From Reclinomonas americana ATCC 50394 (Eukaryota): a DNA stretch of 64,000 bases. This document shows, piece after piece, positions 47,994 through 58,013 of this stretch. How positions within the stretch are numbered: position 1 is the first letter of the stretch; each line of letters begins with the position of its first letter. The notes beneath the pieces were generated by a model. The model was not told where the DNA came from. It made no database searches and saw nothing but the letters and a program-made list of their open reading frames with translations. The stretch covers positions 558,001-622,000 of the forward strand of contig PS015010.1 in the NCBI GenBank assembly GCA_048213135.1, given 5' to 3'. Position numbers and translations under genes: made by a program.

Positions 47994-48938
47994 ATGAAAA
48001 AATTAAAAAAGATCCTTAAGTGGACGGGCATCATATTGCTCGTACTCATCCTCGGTATCACGGTGATCACCGCGTCGAGACAGAACCTGAAATTTAAAGC
48101 GCCATACCCGGAAGTCAGGGCTTCTAAAGATACCGCCATTATCGCCCGGGGACGTCACCTGGCGCTGAGTATCGCCCATTGTGTCGATTGTCACAGTACG
48201 GCGAATAACGACTCTCTCCTGGCACTCGGGCAGGACCCGCCCTTTACGGGAGGGTTTGTTTTTGATTTGCCGCTGGGTAAGATCTATTCAAAGAACATTA
48301 CGCCCGACTCCGCAACAGGTATCGGCCGTTATACCGATGCGGAAATTGCCCGGGCATTGCGGTATAGCGTACACCCCGATGGTACCGTAGTATATGATTT
48401 CATGCCCTTTCACAATATGAGCGATGAAGACCTTACCGCCGTGATCTCCTACCTGCGTTCACGCCCCGCCGTTAGCAACAAAGTGCCTGATCACGACCTC
48501 AACGCAATTGGTAAAGTAGTCAAGGCGTTCCTGGTCAAACCGGCAGGACCGGAAGGGCCTGTAGCGAAGTCGGTACAACCCGATACCACAGCGGCTTATG
48601 GCAAATACCTGGTCATGAATGTCGGTAACTGTAATGGTTGCCATACCCAGCGGTCCATGACCGGTGAAGCAGAGGGCCCCAGCCTGGCCGGCGGTAATCC
48701 CATTCAGAAAAAAGGCTTCCCCGCGCTTACGCCACCCAACCTCACACCTGCGAAAGACGGGCGTATTACAGGCTGGACGCAGGACATGTTCACCGACCGC
48801 TTCCGCAAGGGCAGGCTCATTCCGCACAGTGAAATGCCATGGAACAGCTTTCAGCGTATGAATGACGTTGAACTTAAAGCCATCTATAAGTACCTGGTAT
48901 CATTGAAACCGGAAAAAACGACCGGCGGACCGCAGTAA
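47994..48938 (+). CDS. Membrane-anchored di-heme cytochrome c
   Basis: CVDCH and CNGCH, NITPD..TGIG, PNLTP, MPW. Confidence 0.9.
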   Translation: MKKLKKILKWTGIILLVLILGITVITASRQNLKFKAPYPEVRASKDTAIIARGRHLALSIAHCVDCHSTANNDSLLALGQDPPFTGGFVFDLPLGKIYSKNITPDSATGIGRYTDAEIARALRYSVHPDGTVVYDFMPFHNMSDEDLTAVISYLRSRPAVSNKVPDHDLNAIGKVVKAFLVKPAGPEGPVAKSVQPDTTAAYGKYLVMNVGNCNGCHTQRSMTGEAEGPSLAGGNPIQKKGFPALTPPNLTPAKDGRITGWTQDMFTDRFRKGRLIPHSEMPWNSFQRMNDVELKAIYKYLVSLKPEKTTGGPQ

Positions 48939-49037
48939 AAACAATTCATTAAACAGGAATCACAATTCATAACAGCGGGATTTCTCCTCATCAGGATAAG
49001 AAAGGAATTTTGCCCCGCATCTTAAAACAACAACAGA

Positions 49038-49721
49038 ATGGAACGTTATAATATTTTCAACAAGATACACAAAGCACTCAGGGCCATGTTATACGACACC
49101 GCCCTGCAATTACAGCAAACCGATTTTGCCATCCCGTCACAGGCACGTCCCGCGCTGGAAAGGGTAGAGCAGGTGAACCAGGTTTTTCATTCCCATGCCG
49201 AGCATGAGGACCGCTTTGTATTACCCGCTATCGCTGCCATAGATCCCAGCCTCGTGAATGAACTGGAAAGCGAACATGATATGGATGAAGCTTTATCGGC
49301 GGCATTGGATAACCTGGTAACCGCTTATAACCATGCAGCAGACAACAGGGCCAGGGCGGATATCGGTTACGCGTTGCTCAAAGCTTTCAACGAATTTGTA
49401 GCCTTTAACCTTTACCATATGAATAAGGAGGAGAACAAGATCAACCGTTTGTTGTGGGATAATTTTACCGACAAGGCCATTCTTTCCATTGAAAGGGATA
49501 TTGTTACCAGCATACCACCGCAGGAAATGGAACAGGGCAACCGCTGGATGATGCGAGGCATCAGCAATAGCGAGATATGCACCTGGTTGCTGGCCGTAAA
49601 AGCGGAAGCGCCTGACTTTGTTTTCTCCGGCCTGCTGGATGTTGCGGAAGATGAATTGCCGGCCCACCGATGGTCAAGCGTACAGGAATCACTGGCCGAA
49701 GGCGCCCTTTCTTTTTCTTAA
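49038..49721 (+). CDS. Hemerythrin-domain protein
   Basis: IHKALR, HAEHED, EH, HMNKEE. Confidence 0.85.
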   Translation: MERYNIFNKIHKALRAMLYDTALQLQQTDFAIPSQARPALERVEQVNQVFHSHAEHEDRFVLPAIAAIDPSLVNELESEHDMDEALSAALDNLVTAYNHAADNRARADIGYALLKAFNEFVAFNLYHMNKEENKINRLLWDNFTDKAILSIERDIVTSIPPQEMEQGNRWMMRGISNSEICTWLLAVKAEAPDFVFSGLLDVAEDELPAHRWSSVQESLAEGALSFS

Positions 49722-49747
49722 GTAAGTAGCCCCATAAAGTATATACC

Positions 49748-50143
49748 ATGAAAAAAACAATCATCATCGTTGCCGTTGTATGCCTGCTGGCATCCTGCGC
49801 AACAAAAAAACATCACCTGGATGCCGGCTCTTTCCTCTACAATGAGCAGGTACCCGTAGAACTGGCCAATGCCGCCGGATCAGAGACCCGCATCACCGTA
49901 CAGCAGGGCATTGACTGGGAATATTCCCTTTCTCCCGAAGCAGCGGAATGGCTGGAACTGACCAATAAAAAAGAGGACTGGCTGAATGAAATGACCATCA
50001 GGACCCGTGCAGCAAACACCGGCTTGCAGCAGCGCTCGGCCAGTATTGTTATCCGTCCCCGTGAAAGCCGTAAGGATATGAAGCCTGTTACCATTAAGGT
50101 AACGCAATTATCCTCCGGAGACCAGGTTGCCTGCGGAAAATAG
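49748..50143 (+). CDS. BACON-like lipoprotein
   Basis: Lipobox LASC, W..WL, N..RSASI, VTQ. Confidence 0.7.
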   Translation: MKKTIIIVAVVCLLASCATKKHHLDAGSFLYNEQVPVELANAAGSETRITVQQGIDWEYSLSPEAAEWLELTNKKEDWLNEMTIRTRAANTGLQQRSASIVIRPRESRKDMKPVTIKVTQLSSGDQVACGK

Positions 50144-50153
50144 CTGTAAATCA

Positions 50154-50249
50154 ATACGGGATGCGGATCCGGAAGCACATCATGCTGTCCATATCGCATC
50201 CCGTATCTGGTATTCTCTATCCTGTATCCCTCATCTTGTAATCCCGCAT
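50154..50249. repeat. Hairpin plus NNGTATC/NNGCATC heptamer array between convergent genes
   Basis: ATACGGGATGCG..CGCATCCCGTAT then tggtatt ctctatc ctgtatc cctcatc. Confidence 0.6.
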
Positions 50250-51673
50250 CACTTCATCGACTCTTCAAAACTCTTGATCTTATTATAAAGTGTTTTCCGG
50301 TCGATCTTCAGTTTTTCCGCGGCCTTGGTCTTATTGAAATTGACTTCTTTCAGTACGGCCATTATGGCTTCGTATTCTGATCGGGTGGTTGCGTCTTTCA
50401 GGCTGAGCTCCTTTTTTTCAACGGGAGCTGCAGGTATGGCTGATTCCGTAGCGGTAACTTCCTGTCTTTCTGTGAAAGCGCCTCCGCCGGTAATGTCCCA
50501 GGGCAGTGTTTTAGCATTAATACGCCCGCCGGTAGTGAGCAATACGGCCCTGCGCACCACGTTGCGGAATTCCCGCAGGTTGCCCGGCCAGGCATAATTA
50601 ACAAACATGTCCATCACTTCATCATCGAAACCCTCCACGTCTTTGCCGAGCTCTGTTTTTGTTTTATTTAAAAAGAATTCTGCGAACATGGGGATGTCCT
50701 GTTTGCGGTTACGCAACGGCGGCAGGTTGATCGAGAACTCGTTGAAGCGATGATACAGATCTTCCCTGAACTTGCCCTTGCGGTAAGCTTCCTGCAGGTT
50801 CTCATTGGAAGCCACCAGTATTCGTATGTCGAGCGGCATCTCTTTGGTGCCGCCAACGCGTTTGAATTTCCTTTCCTGTATTACACGGAGCAGGGAAGCC
50901 TGTATTTCGTAGGAAAGATTGCCCACTTCATCCAGGAACAGGGTGCCGCCGTTGGCCAGCTCAAAATGCCCTTCTTTATCGCTCAACGCACCGGTGAAAG
51001 CGCCTTTCATATGGCCGAACAATTCACTTCCGGAGAGCTCCTTGGAGAGTGTGCCGCAATCAACGGCAACAAATGGTTTGTCTTTCCGGTTGCTGCGGTT
51101 GTGAATGGTTTGGGCGATCACTTCTTTGCCGGTACCGCTTTCGCCATAAAGGATGATACTGTAATCGGTAGGGGCCACAATATCGATCTGGCGGTACAAC
51201 TCACGGGTACTGTCGGCTTCACCAATCATGTATTCACCGTTTGACTGGGGAGAACGCCTGGTGCCCTTGATGGGAGTGGCAGCCGTTGTTCCGGGTGTTT
51301 CGGAACGGCCGGAACTGTCAATTGCCGATTGCAGTACATTCAATACTTCTTCCGGGATAAGGGGCTTGGTGATGTAATCATAAGCCCCGTTCTTGATCAC
51401 TTCAACGGCTGTTTTGATGTCGGAATAGCCGGTAATGATAAGAAAAATAACATCGGGATTAATCGCCCTTACTTCCTGCAGGACATCTTTACCTTCTTTA
51501 TCACCCAACCGGTAGTCGCAGATCACGATATCAAAAGGTTCTTCCTTGAATTTGGCGATCCCTTTATTTCCGGTGTGTGCCATATCCACTTCGTACCCGT
51601 TACGGGTAAGGAAACGGGAGAGGAGATAACAGATGTCGAGATCGTCATCTATCAATAAGATCTTTTTTTTCAT
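50249..51673 (-). CDS. Sigma54-dependent response regulator (NtrC family)
   Basis: Receiver domain, GESGTGKE, GAFTGA, LFLDEV, WPGNLRE, Fis HTH. Confidence 0.96.
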   Translation of the reverse strand: MKKKILLIDDDLDICYLLSRFLTRNGYEVDMAHTGNKGIAKFKEEPFDIVICDYRLGDKEGKDVLQEVRAINPDVIFLIITGYSDIKTAVEVIKNGAYDYITKPLIPEEVLNVLQSAIDSSGRSETPGTTAATPIKGTRRSPQSNGEYMIGEADSTRELYRQIDIVAPTDYSIILYGESGTGKEVIAQTIHNRSNRKDKPFVAVDCGTLSKELSGSELFGHMKGAFTGALSDKEGHFELANGGTLFLDEVGNLSYEIQASLLRVIQERKFKRVGGTKEMPLDIRILVASNENLQEAYRKGKFREDLYHRFNEFSINLPPLRNRKQDIPMFAEFFLNKTKTELGKDVEGFDDEVMDMFVNYAWPGNLREFRNVVRRAVLLTTGGRINAKTLPWDITGGGAFTERQEVTATESAIPAAPVEKKELSLKDATTRSEYEAIMAVLKEVNFNKTKAAEKLKIDRKTLYNKIKSFEESMK

Positions 51674-51923
51674 ACACGTAAATGGTTTGTGCTAATAACT
51701 GGGTTAAGTGAATTACAGGTTTTTCATTGAACTATAGCTGACCCTAATTTATAAACTACCGTGCCAATTTTTCAGACCCGGGGGTCATTTTACTGAAATA
51801 TTTCTGAAAAACGCTGTTTATCGACTTTTACAGCGTTTTTGCGGTGCAAAACCCGAACTGGCAATATTATTGTGGGAAAGAGGCCGTATACGATGGCTTG
51901 CCTAACCCATTGTCGATAAAACC

Positions 51924-52277
51924 TTGAAAGTATTAATCATAGAAGACGAAAAAGACATTTGTTACCTTCTTGCCAGCATGCTGAGGCAGCGGAATATCCA
52001 TGCCCGGTTTGTGAATACCCTTAAAGAAGCAAAGCTTGAACTGGAAAGGGATATACCTGAACTGATCTTTCTCGACAATCACCTTCCCGATGGCCTGGGA
52101 ATGGACTTCGTACTCCATATCAAAGAAAAAAATGAGAGCACCCGCATCATCATGATAACGGCCCACGACACACCCGAAGACCGGCAACTCGCAAGGCAGC
52201 GGAAAGTAGATCATTTTATCGGCAAACCCTTCACCCGAGAGTCCATTTTCAGCACTTTATCACAGCTCGAAGTATAG
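51924..52277 (+). CDS. Single-domain response regulator
   Basis: IIEDE, FLDNHLPDGLG, ITA, KPF. Confidence 0.9.
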   Translation: MKVLIIEDEKDICYLLASMLRQRNIHARFVNTLKEAKLELERDIPELIFLDNHLPDGLGMDFVLHIKEKNESTRIIMITAHDTPEDRQLARQRKVDHFIGKPFTRESIFSTLSQLEV

Positions 52278-52435
52278 AAATAGCTCCCGCAGTGGGGAAT
52301 AATTTCCCCGAACATCCCAGCCTTTTTTTTCGGAAATTTCCTCCTGTCGCTTAATCGTACCTGTTTTGTCCACAAGACAAAAACTGGCAGAGTTTTTTAT
52401 TACTTATAATCAACCGAATATAAACGATAAACGAT

Positions 52436-52588
52436 ATGGGAAACTTACTTTACCTGATAGCTGTGATCCTCGTGATCGCCTGGGCCGTCGGATTCCTCGG
52501 ATATCACGCATCTGGGCTGATACACATTCTGCTGGTTATTGCGATTATAGCTGTATTGCTTAAGGTGATCAGAAGAAGTACGGATTAA
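52436..52588 (+). CDS. lmo0937-family small membrane protein (50 aa; not in ORF track)
   Basis: MGNLLYLIAVILVIAWAVGFLGYHASGLIHILLVIAIIAVLLKVIRRSTD. Confidence 0.88.
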   Translation: MGNLLYLIAVILVIAWAVGFLGYHASGLIHILLVIAIIAVLLKVIRRSTD

Positions 52589-52618
52589 TAGCGGTTATAC
52601 ATCCTCAACAACCACACT

Positions 52619-52801
52619 ATGAAAAAAGAAGAATTACAAAAAGCCTGGCAGGAAGTGCAGGAGCGGCTGGGCTTCCAGGGGCTTCATATTGATGAGACGG
52701 TATCCTCCTTCCTGGAAGAGAAGAACCACAGTCTGCTGTTACTGCTTACACCATCACCTGCAGCACCGGCTGGTAAAAATAACGACCGCGATAAAAAATA
52801 A
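52619..52801 (+). CDS. Hypothetical 60-aa protein
   Basis: ATG 30 nt after previous gene, plausible composition. Confidence 0.45.
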   Translation: MKKEELQKAWQEVQERLGFQGLHIDETVSSFLEEKNHSLLLLLTPSPAAPAGKNNDRDKK

Positions 52802-52855
52802 TTACACTCCCGGCATTTTACTGGTTTACATATACCCTCATTTCCCGGGGTAACG

Positions 52856-54256
52856 CTATGCCGTAAAGTCAAGCTTAATGATGAATGTGGTGCCTTTACC
52901 GGGTTCGCTTGTCACATCAATGGAGCCTTTGTGATTGAGAATGATGTTTTGTGTATTGGTGAGCCCAAGGCCGGTGCCTTTTTCCTTACTGGTAAAGAAG
53001 GGTTCGAATAATTTGGATAGGGACTCCCTGTTCATACCCATTCCATTGTCTGCGATGGTAATCACGCATTTATTATTCACTGCTGTAGTGGAAATACTGA
53101 GTACGCCTTCCCCGGGTTTCATAGCTTCCAGGGCATTCACAATAATGTTCAGCAGGGCGATCTTGATCTTTTCCTTATCTACGATAATGTGCTTCAGTCC
53201 GGGTGCCAGGTTCACTTCTGTGCGTATGCCGTTCAGTTCTATCCTGTCCCTGGCAAAGTCGAGTGTTTCTTCCACAAGTTCATTGATGGAGTTGGTGCTG
53301 AACTGTAGTTCGGCATATTTGGTCGCGTTCAGGAGGTCAGATACCAGTTGATTGATCCTGTCGCCGTTACGTTTCACCATGTCGAGCAGCATACTGTTCT
53401 CTTCATCGGCAGCTGCCATATCCCTTAATTGTTCTGTTGCCAGACTGATATTGGTAAGCGGGTTACGCACTTCATGCGCTATAGTCCTGGCAATACGGCC
53501 GGTGGAAGCAAATTTTTCGAGCTGCCGCAATTCGGTCAGTTCCCTGTTGGCCACATCCAGTTCCGCGATCCTCGATTCAAGCTGTTTGCGGTACTGCAGC
53601 GTTTTTTCATCGGCTTCCCGTCTCGACCTGTTTTCCCTGGCATAAGTAATAAGGGAATAAACACTGAGCAGTACGGCGATCATCAGTGAGGCGATATTAA
53701 TGGTGTTGATGGAAGTACGGTAGGCCGTCAGTTCCTCCAGCCGGTTTTCCATGAGTGCATTTTCATAGAACTGCATTTTATTGACCATGCGTTTCATGTC
53801 CTTCATTCTCCTGATCGCCCGGTCGGTAAAGTCCCTTACGGTATCCGTTACCTTAAGGTTGCCGGCCATGAAGATGCGGGATCCATTGCGCATGAGTTCC
53901 ATCCTGTCGCGGATGATGGCGGTGAGGGTATCCATATTGCGCATCTGCTCTTCATTATCGGTAAGCAGGGCGCGGGTTTTGGTGATATTGGTATCGATCC
54001 TTACAAGACTGAGATTATGATCGTCGAGAAACGCGGAGTCCTTCATCAGTAAAAAGCCACGATAGGCGGATTCCGCTTCCTTTACTTCCGACTCCACTTT
54101 TTCAAGAGAACTGATCACCACATCTTTATGATTAATGGCACGGGTCTGCCTGAACATCTGGTTGGTAGTAAAAAAAAGCAGGATATACGACAGCAGCAGC
54201 AGCAGGAAGGCCGTAAGATAACCTACCCGTATTTTTTTATCAATGATGTATTTCAT
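52856..54256 (-). CDS. CHASE3 sensor histidine kinase
   Basis: TM, EAESAYRGFLL, AHEVRNPL, N/G boxes DNGMGM, PFFTSK, GTGLGL. Confidence 0.93.
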   Translation of the reverse strand: MKYIIDKKIRVGYLTAFLLLLLSYILLFFTTNQMFRQTRAINHKDVVISSLEKVESEVKEAESAYRGFLLMKDSAFLDDHNLSLVRIDTNITKTRALLTDNEEQMRNMDTLTAIIRDRMELMRNGSRIFMAGNLKVTDTVRDFTDRAIRRMKDMKRMVNKMQFYENALMENRLEELTAYRTSINTINIASLMIAVLLSVYSLITYARENRSRREADEKTLQYRKQLESRIAELDVANRELTELRQLEKFASTGRIARTIAHEVRNPLTNISLATEQLRDMAAADEENSMLLDMVKRNGDRINQLVSDLLNATKYAELQFSTNSINELVEETLDFARDRIELNGIRTEVNLAPGLKHIIVDKEKIKIALLNIIVNALEAMKPGEGVLSISTTAVNNKCVITIADNGMGMNRESLSKLFEPFFTSKEKGTGLGLTNTQNIILNHKGSIDVTSEPGKGTTFIIKLDFTA

Positions 54257-54460
54257 TATTTTCTTTTTCCCGTTTTTTCCAACTGATCAGGAAGGCTGGT
54301 TTATATGATCAGGTTATGAAGTTAACAAATAAGATGCAGGACAGGCAATGACTTGTCAACATTTATAAAGAAGCTTGATTGCTGATAAAAATAGCAGATC
54401 TCTTCGTGGATGTTCACGGCAAGGCCTGTCCGAAACCAGGCCCTGCCGCGAAAAGTTTTT

Positions 54461-55018
54461 TTATTTTGGTGTGGAAAAACCACTTTCAATAGAGTGCATC
54501 AGGGAAGATATGGGACCTTCCATTTTATTGGTCTTATCATCAAGAGTTGTATCGCCCAGCAATTCACCCATATTAAGACTTGCGGGAAGGTAAGGAAGTA
54601 TATTGTTCCGCTCCGCGGATACCAGCAACTCCACAGTCTTTACAGGATCCTTATCACCTGCCGGTACCTGCGACCTGATGAGCCTGATGGCTTCAGCCAT
54701 AACATCATTCATATGATTTTTAACACTTGCTGTATCATATCCCGCGTATTGCGATACCCTTTTTACTGCTTCGGCGGCCTTATCGCCCCAAACCAGGGTT
54801 ACCCAATCTGTGGAATTGTTTTCCCTTAATGCTGCTTCAACGCCTTCGTCTTTTTTAAGGAACTGGTACAAAGCGATCAGTGATGAAGATACAACTGCCT
54901 GCGACATCCTTTTTTCATCGGGTGTGCTGGGCGTAACATCCTGCAGGTTGGGGTCTATCTTTTGTAATTGCGGGTAGCCTAAATTCGACTGAACCTGCTG
55001 TAATAAGTTGATTGACAT
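54461..55018 (-). CDS. Conserved hypothetical helical protein
   Basis: 185-aa ORF, LQKIDPN..LDDKTNKMEGPISSLMH; hairpin at 54414-54453 downstream. Confidence 0.7.
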   Translation of the reverse strand: MSINLLQQVQSNLGYPQLQKIDPNLQDVTPSTPDEKRMSQAVVSSSLIALYQFLKKDEGVEAALRENNSTDWVTLVWGDKAAEAVKRVSQYAGYDTASVKNHMNDVMAEAIRLIRSQVPAGDKDPVKTVELLVSAERNNILPYLPASLNMGELLGDTTLDDKTNKMEGPISSLMHSIESGFSTPK

Positions 55019-55150
55019 AACTGTTGTTTTAGTTGATCTTAAAAGGTGGTGTTCTTTGTTGATAACCTAAAAAAAGTATGCCACAAAATGGTACGGAGTT
55101 GGATGGATAGTAAAGTGTAACCTGATTCATCAACCCGAAAATTTTATTTT

Positions 55151-55495
55151 ATGAGCATAACGCCAGGCCAAATGACAACATTAAGTTCCGTGCTGGAAAA
55201 ACTCCGTGTAAAAAAGATCGATAATGAATTCCGGCTGGAACCCGAAGGGTTTACTACCGGTAAAGGAAAGTTTTACCAGCCAGGTGACCTGAGAATTATC
55301 AAGACCTATCGTTTCGAGGGCGACTCCGATCCGTCCGACTCTTCCATCGTATATGTAATTGAGGCCGCCGATGGTTTGACAGGGTATACCATGGATGCAT
55401 ACGGTGCTTACAGCAATCATGAAGACGATGGCTATGATGATTTTATAAGAAAGATACCTATGGAAGAACGTGACGAACAGGCGATCTTCAGATAG
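55151..55495 (+). CDS. Small acidic Bacteroidota protein (family often mislabelled PRPP synthetase)
   Basis: YRFEGDSDPSDSSIVYVIE..DAYGAYS. Confidence 0.8.
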   Translation: MSITPGQMTTLSSVLEKLRVKKIDNEFRLEPEGFTTGKGKFYQPGDLRIIKTYRFEGDSDPSDSSIVYVIEAADGLTGYTMDAYGAYSNHEDDGYDDFIRKIPMEERDEQAIFR

Positions 55496-55597
55496 ATGTG
55501 GCTGACTCCCGGTGCCCATAGCGGATAACCGGGGTTTATACACAGGTAAAAAGGAGAGGGCTTCCGAAAGGGGGCCTTCTTCGTTTTTCGGTATACC

Positions 55598-55672
55598 TTA
55601 TCCGCACATCTTCACATTCTCACATCCGCACATCCACACATCCGCATATTTACACATTCGCACATCTACATT
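55598..55672 (+). repeat. Octamer (CACATCCG/CACATTCG) array
   Basis: About nine units with 8-nt period. Confidence 0.85.
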
Positions 55673-55826
55673 TTTAGGGATTTTCTTCCTCAATGGGGGA
55701 AATATTTAACCGGCTGTTCCATCTTATCCGTGTATAACTGCCGCAAAACAGCGGTTCTGTCATGCAGGCATTCAATTTGAAATAAGGTAATCGACCAACA
55801 TAAGTTTTTAACCAAACGATTTTATT

Positions 55827-56423
55827 ATGAAAAGCACAATCCAGTTATTTACAACTACCGCAATCGTCTTTATGATGATCACCGGTTGCAATAATAACGA
55901 TACATCAAAACCGGGTGATGAAGTGGTGGTGGCAGATACGCCGTCCACTACAACGACTACTGTATCACCCACCACATCGGCACCCACCGTAATGGACACT
56001 TCTTCAAAAGTAAAACCCAATCCCGCCAAAAAGGGAATGAAAGGAAAAGTAGCCGTTACCGGTATGGCCAAACCTGCCAACGCGGTAATGGAACTGGACA
56101 AGGAAGGTATTTACAGCAGTGCTGAAGTATTGCCATCATATCCTGGCGGTGAAACTGCACTGGGTGACTATTTCTCTAAAAATATTGAATATCCTGAAGA
56201 GGCTTCCGCTGAAGGCGTAGAAGGCACTGTAACCATCAATTTTGTTGTGGATGAGAATGGCCGTTATTCTTCACCAGTTATTGCCAGTCCCAGGCTGGGG
56301 TATGGTTTGGAAGAAGAAGCGCTGCGGGTGTTCAACAGTATGCCTAAATGGAACCCGGGTCGTATCAAGGGCAAAAATGTAAAGACAAGGTACACCCTGC
56401 CCATCAATTTCCAGTTGTATTAG
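55827..56423 (+). CDS. TonB C-terminal domain lipoprotein
   Basis: Lipobox ITGC, PSYPGG, YPEEA..GVEGTV..FVVDENG, EEALRV..MPKWNPG. Confidence 0.88.
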   Translation: MKSTIQLFTTTAIVFMMITGCNNNDTSKPGDEVVVADTPSTTTTTVSPTTSAPTVMDTSSKVKPNPAKKGMKGKVAVTGMAKPANAVMELDKEGIYSSAEVLPSYPGGETALGDYFSKNIEYPEEASAEGVEGTVTINFVVDENGRYSSPVIASPRLGYGLEEEALRVFNSMPKWNPGRIKGKNVKTRYTLPINFQLY

Positions 56424-56522
56424 TGGTCAGCTAATAGATAGATTCAGCTTGCAGGAACAATGTTTAACAAAGAGGTTAATGGTAAGGGCTGAACAAGAGC
56501 TCCGGGTAATACCGGGGCTTTT

Positions 56523-56858
56523 TTATGCTGCGCTGGCCTGTTCGGTAATGTCTTCCATGGTAATGCCGTGGTGACTTTCCTCGTAAATACATTCGGTATT
56601 CCTGATCAGCAGCACCTGCGGTGATTCATGGTATACCTGGAAAGTTTCGGCTACCTGGTCAAACAGGGAGCGGTAAAGTATGAGGTCAAGAAAGTAAAAG
56701 TCAATTGCCGGGAGCGGGGAGGTTCTTTCCAGCCGGTTCTTTACCATGGAACTGATGCTGCACCGGGTACTGTGCTTAAAGATCAGTTGCGGTTTTGTAG
56801 CGGAGAGTTGCCTGATTTGGTCCAGTTGTGTTTCGCTGGTCAGTGGTATCCAGTTCAT
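56523..56858 (-). CDS. ytxJ: Bacillithiol system redox protein (monothiol bacilliredoxin)
   Basis: IFKHSTRCSIS, HESPQ. Confidence 0.92.
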   Translation of the reverse strand: MNWIPLTSETQLDQIRQLSATKPQLIFKHSTRCSISSMVKNRLERTSPLPAIDFYFLDLILYRSLFDQVAETFQVYHESPQVLLIRNTECIYEESHHGITMEDITEQASAA

Positions 56859-56870
56859 CAGGGCGCCGGC

Positions 56871-56984
56871 TTAGTGAATGATCTTTTCGTTCATAGGGCA
56901 ACCTGACTTACGGCTTGGGCTGCAATTGCTGAAAAAAGCAACGACCATTACCAGGGCCAGGAAAACAAAAAATATTCTTTTCAT
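56871..56984 (-). CDS. 37-aa lipoprotein (not in ORF track)
   Basis: MKRIFFVFLALVMVVAFFSN-CSPSRKSGCPMNEKIIH. Confidence 0.65.
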   Translation of the reverse strand: MKRIFFVFLALVMVVAFFSNCSPSRKSGCPMNEKIIH

Positions 56985-57163
56985 CTGTTACTATTTGATG
57001 GTAAAAAACTATTATTGCAAATTATTTGTCACGGCAAAGGTAATGGACAGGCGGTAAAACGCGAAATTACGCTCTGCTTAATTTTGAACGGTTTGGCCCC
57101 GTTCACCTATGACTATACCATAACAGATCACTTTAATTTAACCCAAAAACTTTAGAATCCAAC

Positions 57164-57934
57164 ATGTTACAGCTTTCCAGGCCTATTGCTTTTATTGACC
57201 TCGAGACTACGGGTGTCAGCCTTTCAACCGACAGGATTGTTGAAATTGCCATTATTAAATTGCTTCCGGATGGCAGCAGGCAAACCAAAAGAAAACTGCT
57301 CAACCCGCAGATTCCCATTCCCAAAACCGCCAGCGATATACACGGCATCACCGATGATATGGTGAAAGACGCTCCAACTTTTAAAAGTGCTGCCAACGAG
57401 ATCAAAGTGTTTATCGAGAACTGCGACCTCGGCGGGTACAACAGCAACCGTTTCGATATTCCCATCCTCATGGAAGAATTTTTGAGGGCCGGGCTCGAAG
57501 TTGATCTTACCAAAAGGCGTATGATTGATGTGCAGCATATTTTTTATACGATGGAACCGCGTACCCTTTCTGCAGCTTATAAATTCTACTGCGAGAAAGA
57601 ACTCGTGGATGCACATAGCGCGGAAGCTGATATCGCCGCCACTATTGATGTGCTCGATGCACAGTTGCAGCGTTATAATAACCTCGGCGATTCGGTAGAT
57701 TCCATACTTGCCGTTATCGGGGAAGACAAGATCGTTGACTATGCCCGCAGGTTCTGTTTTGATGACAAAGGCAACGAATTGTTCAATTTCGGTAAGCACA
57801 AAGGTAAACTGGTTACCGATGTACTGAAGGCCGAACCACAGTATTATGACTGGATGATGCGTGGCGATTTTCCCCTGCATACCAAGCAGAAACTCACCGA
57901 GATATTCAACAGGACCCTGTTAAAAAATAATTAA
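57164..57934 (+). CDS. DEDDh 3'-5' exonuclease (DnaQ-like)
   Basis: IDLETTG, GYNSNRFD, HSAEAD, FGKHKG. Confidence 0.92.
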   Translation: MLQLSRPIAFIDLETTGVSLSTDRIVEIAIIKLLPDGSRQTKRKLLNPQIPIPKTASDIHGITDDMVKDAPTFKSAANEIKVFIENCDLGGYNSNRFDIPILMEEFLRAGLEVDLTKRRMIDVQHIFYTMEPRTLSAAYKFYCEKELVDAHSAEADIAATIDVLDAQLQRYNNLGDSVDSILAVIGEDKIVDYARRFCFDDKGNELFNFGKHKGKLVTDVLKAEPQYYDWMMRGDFPLHTKQKLTEIFNRTLLKNN

Positions 57935-58013
57935 TTGCACCCTGTCAGTAAGATGTTAACAGGGCTTTCCTTATTTTATTGTAAATTTGAAGGACGATAA
58001 AGGGTTATATATA

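Noticed and set aside
55151-55495. PRPP synthetase
   Set aside because: 114 aa, no PRPP synthetase motifs
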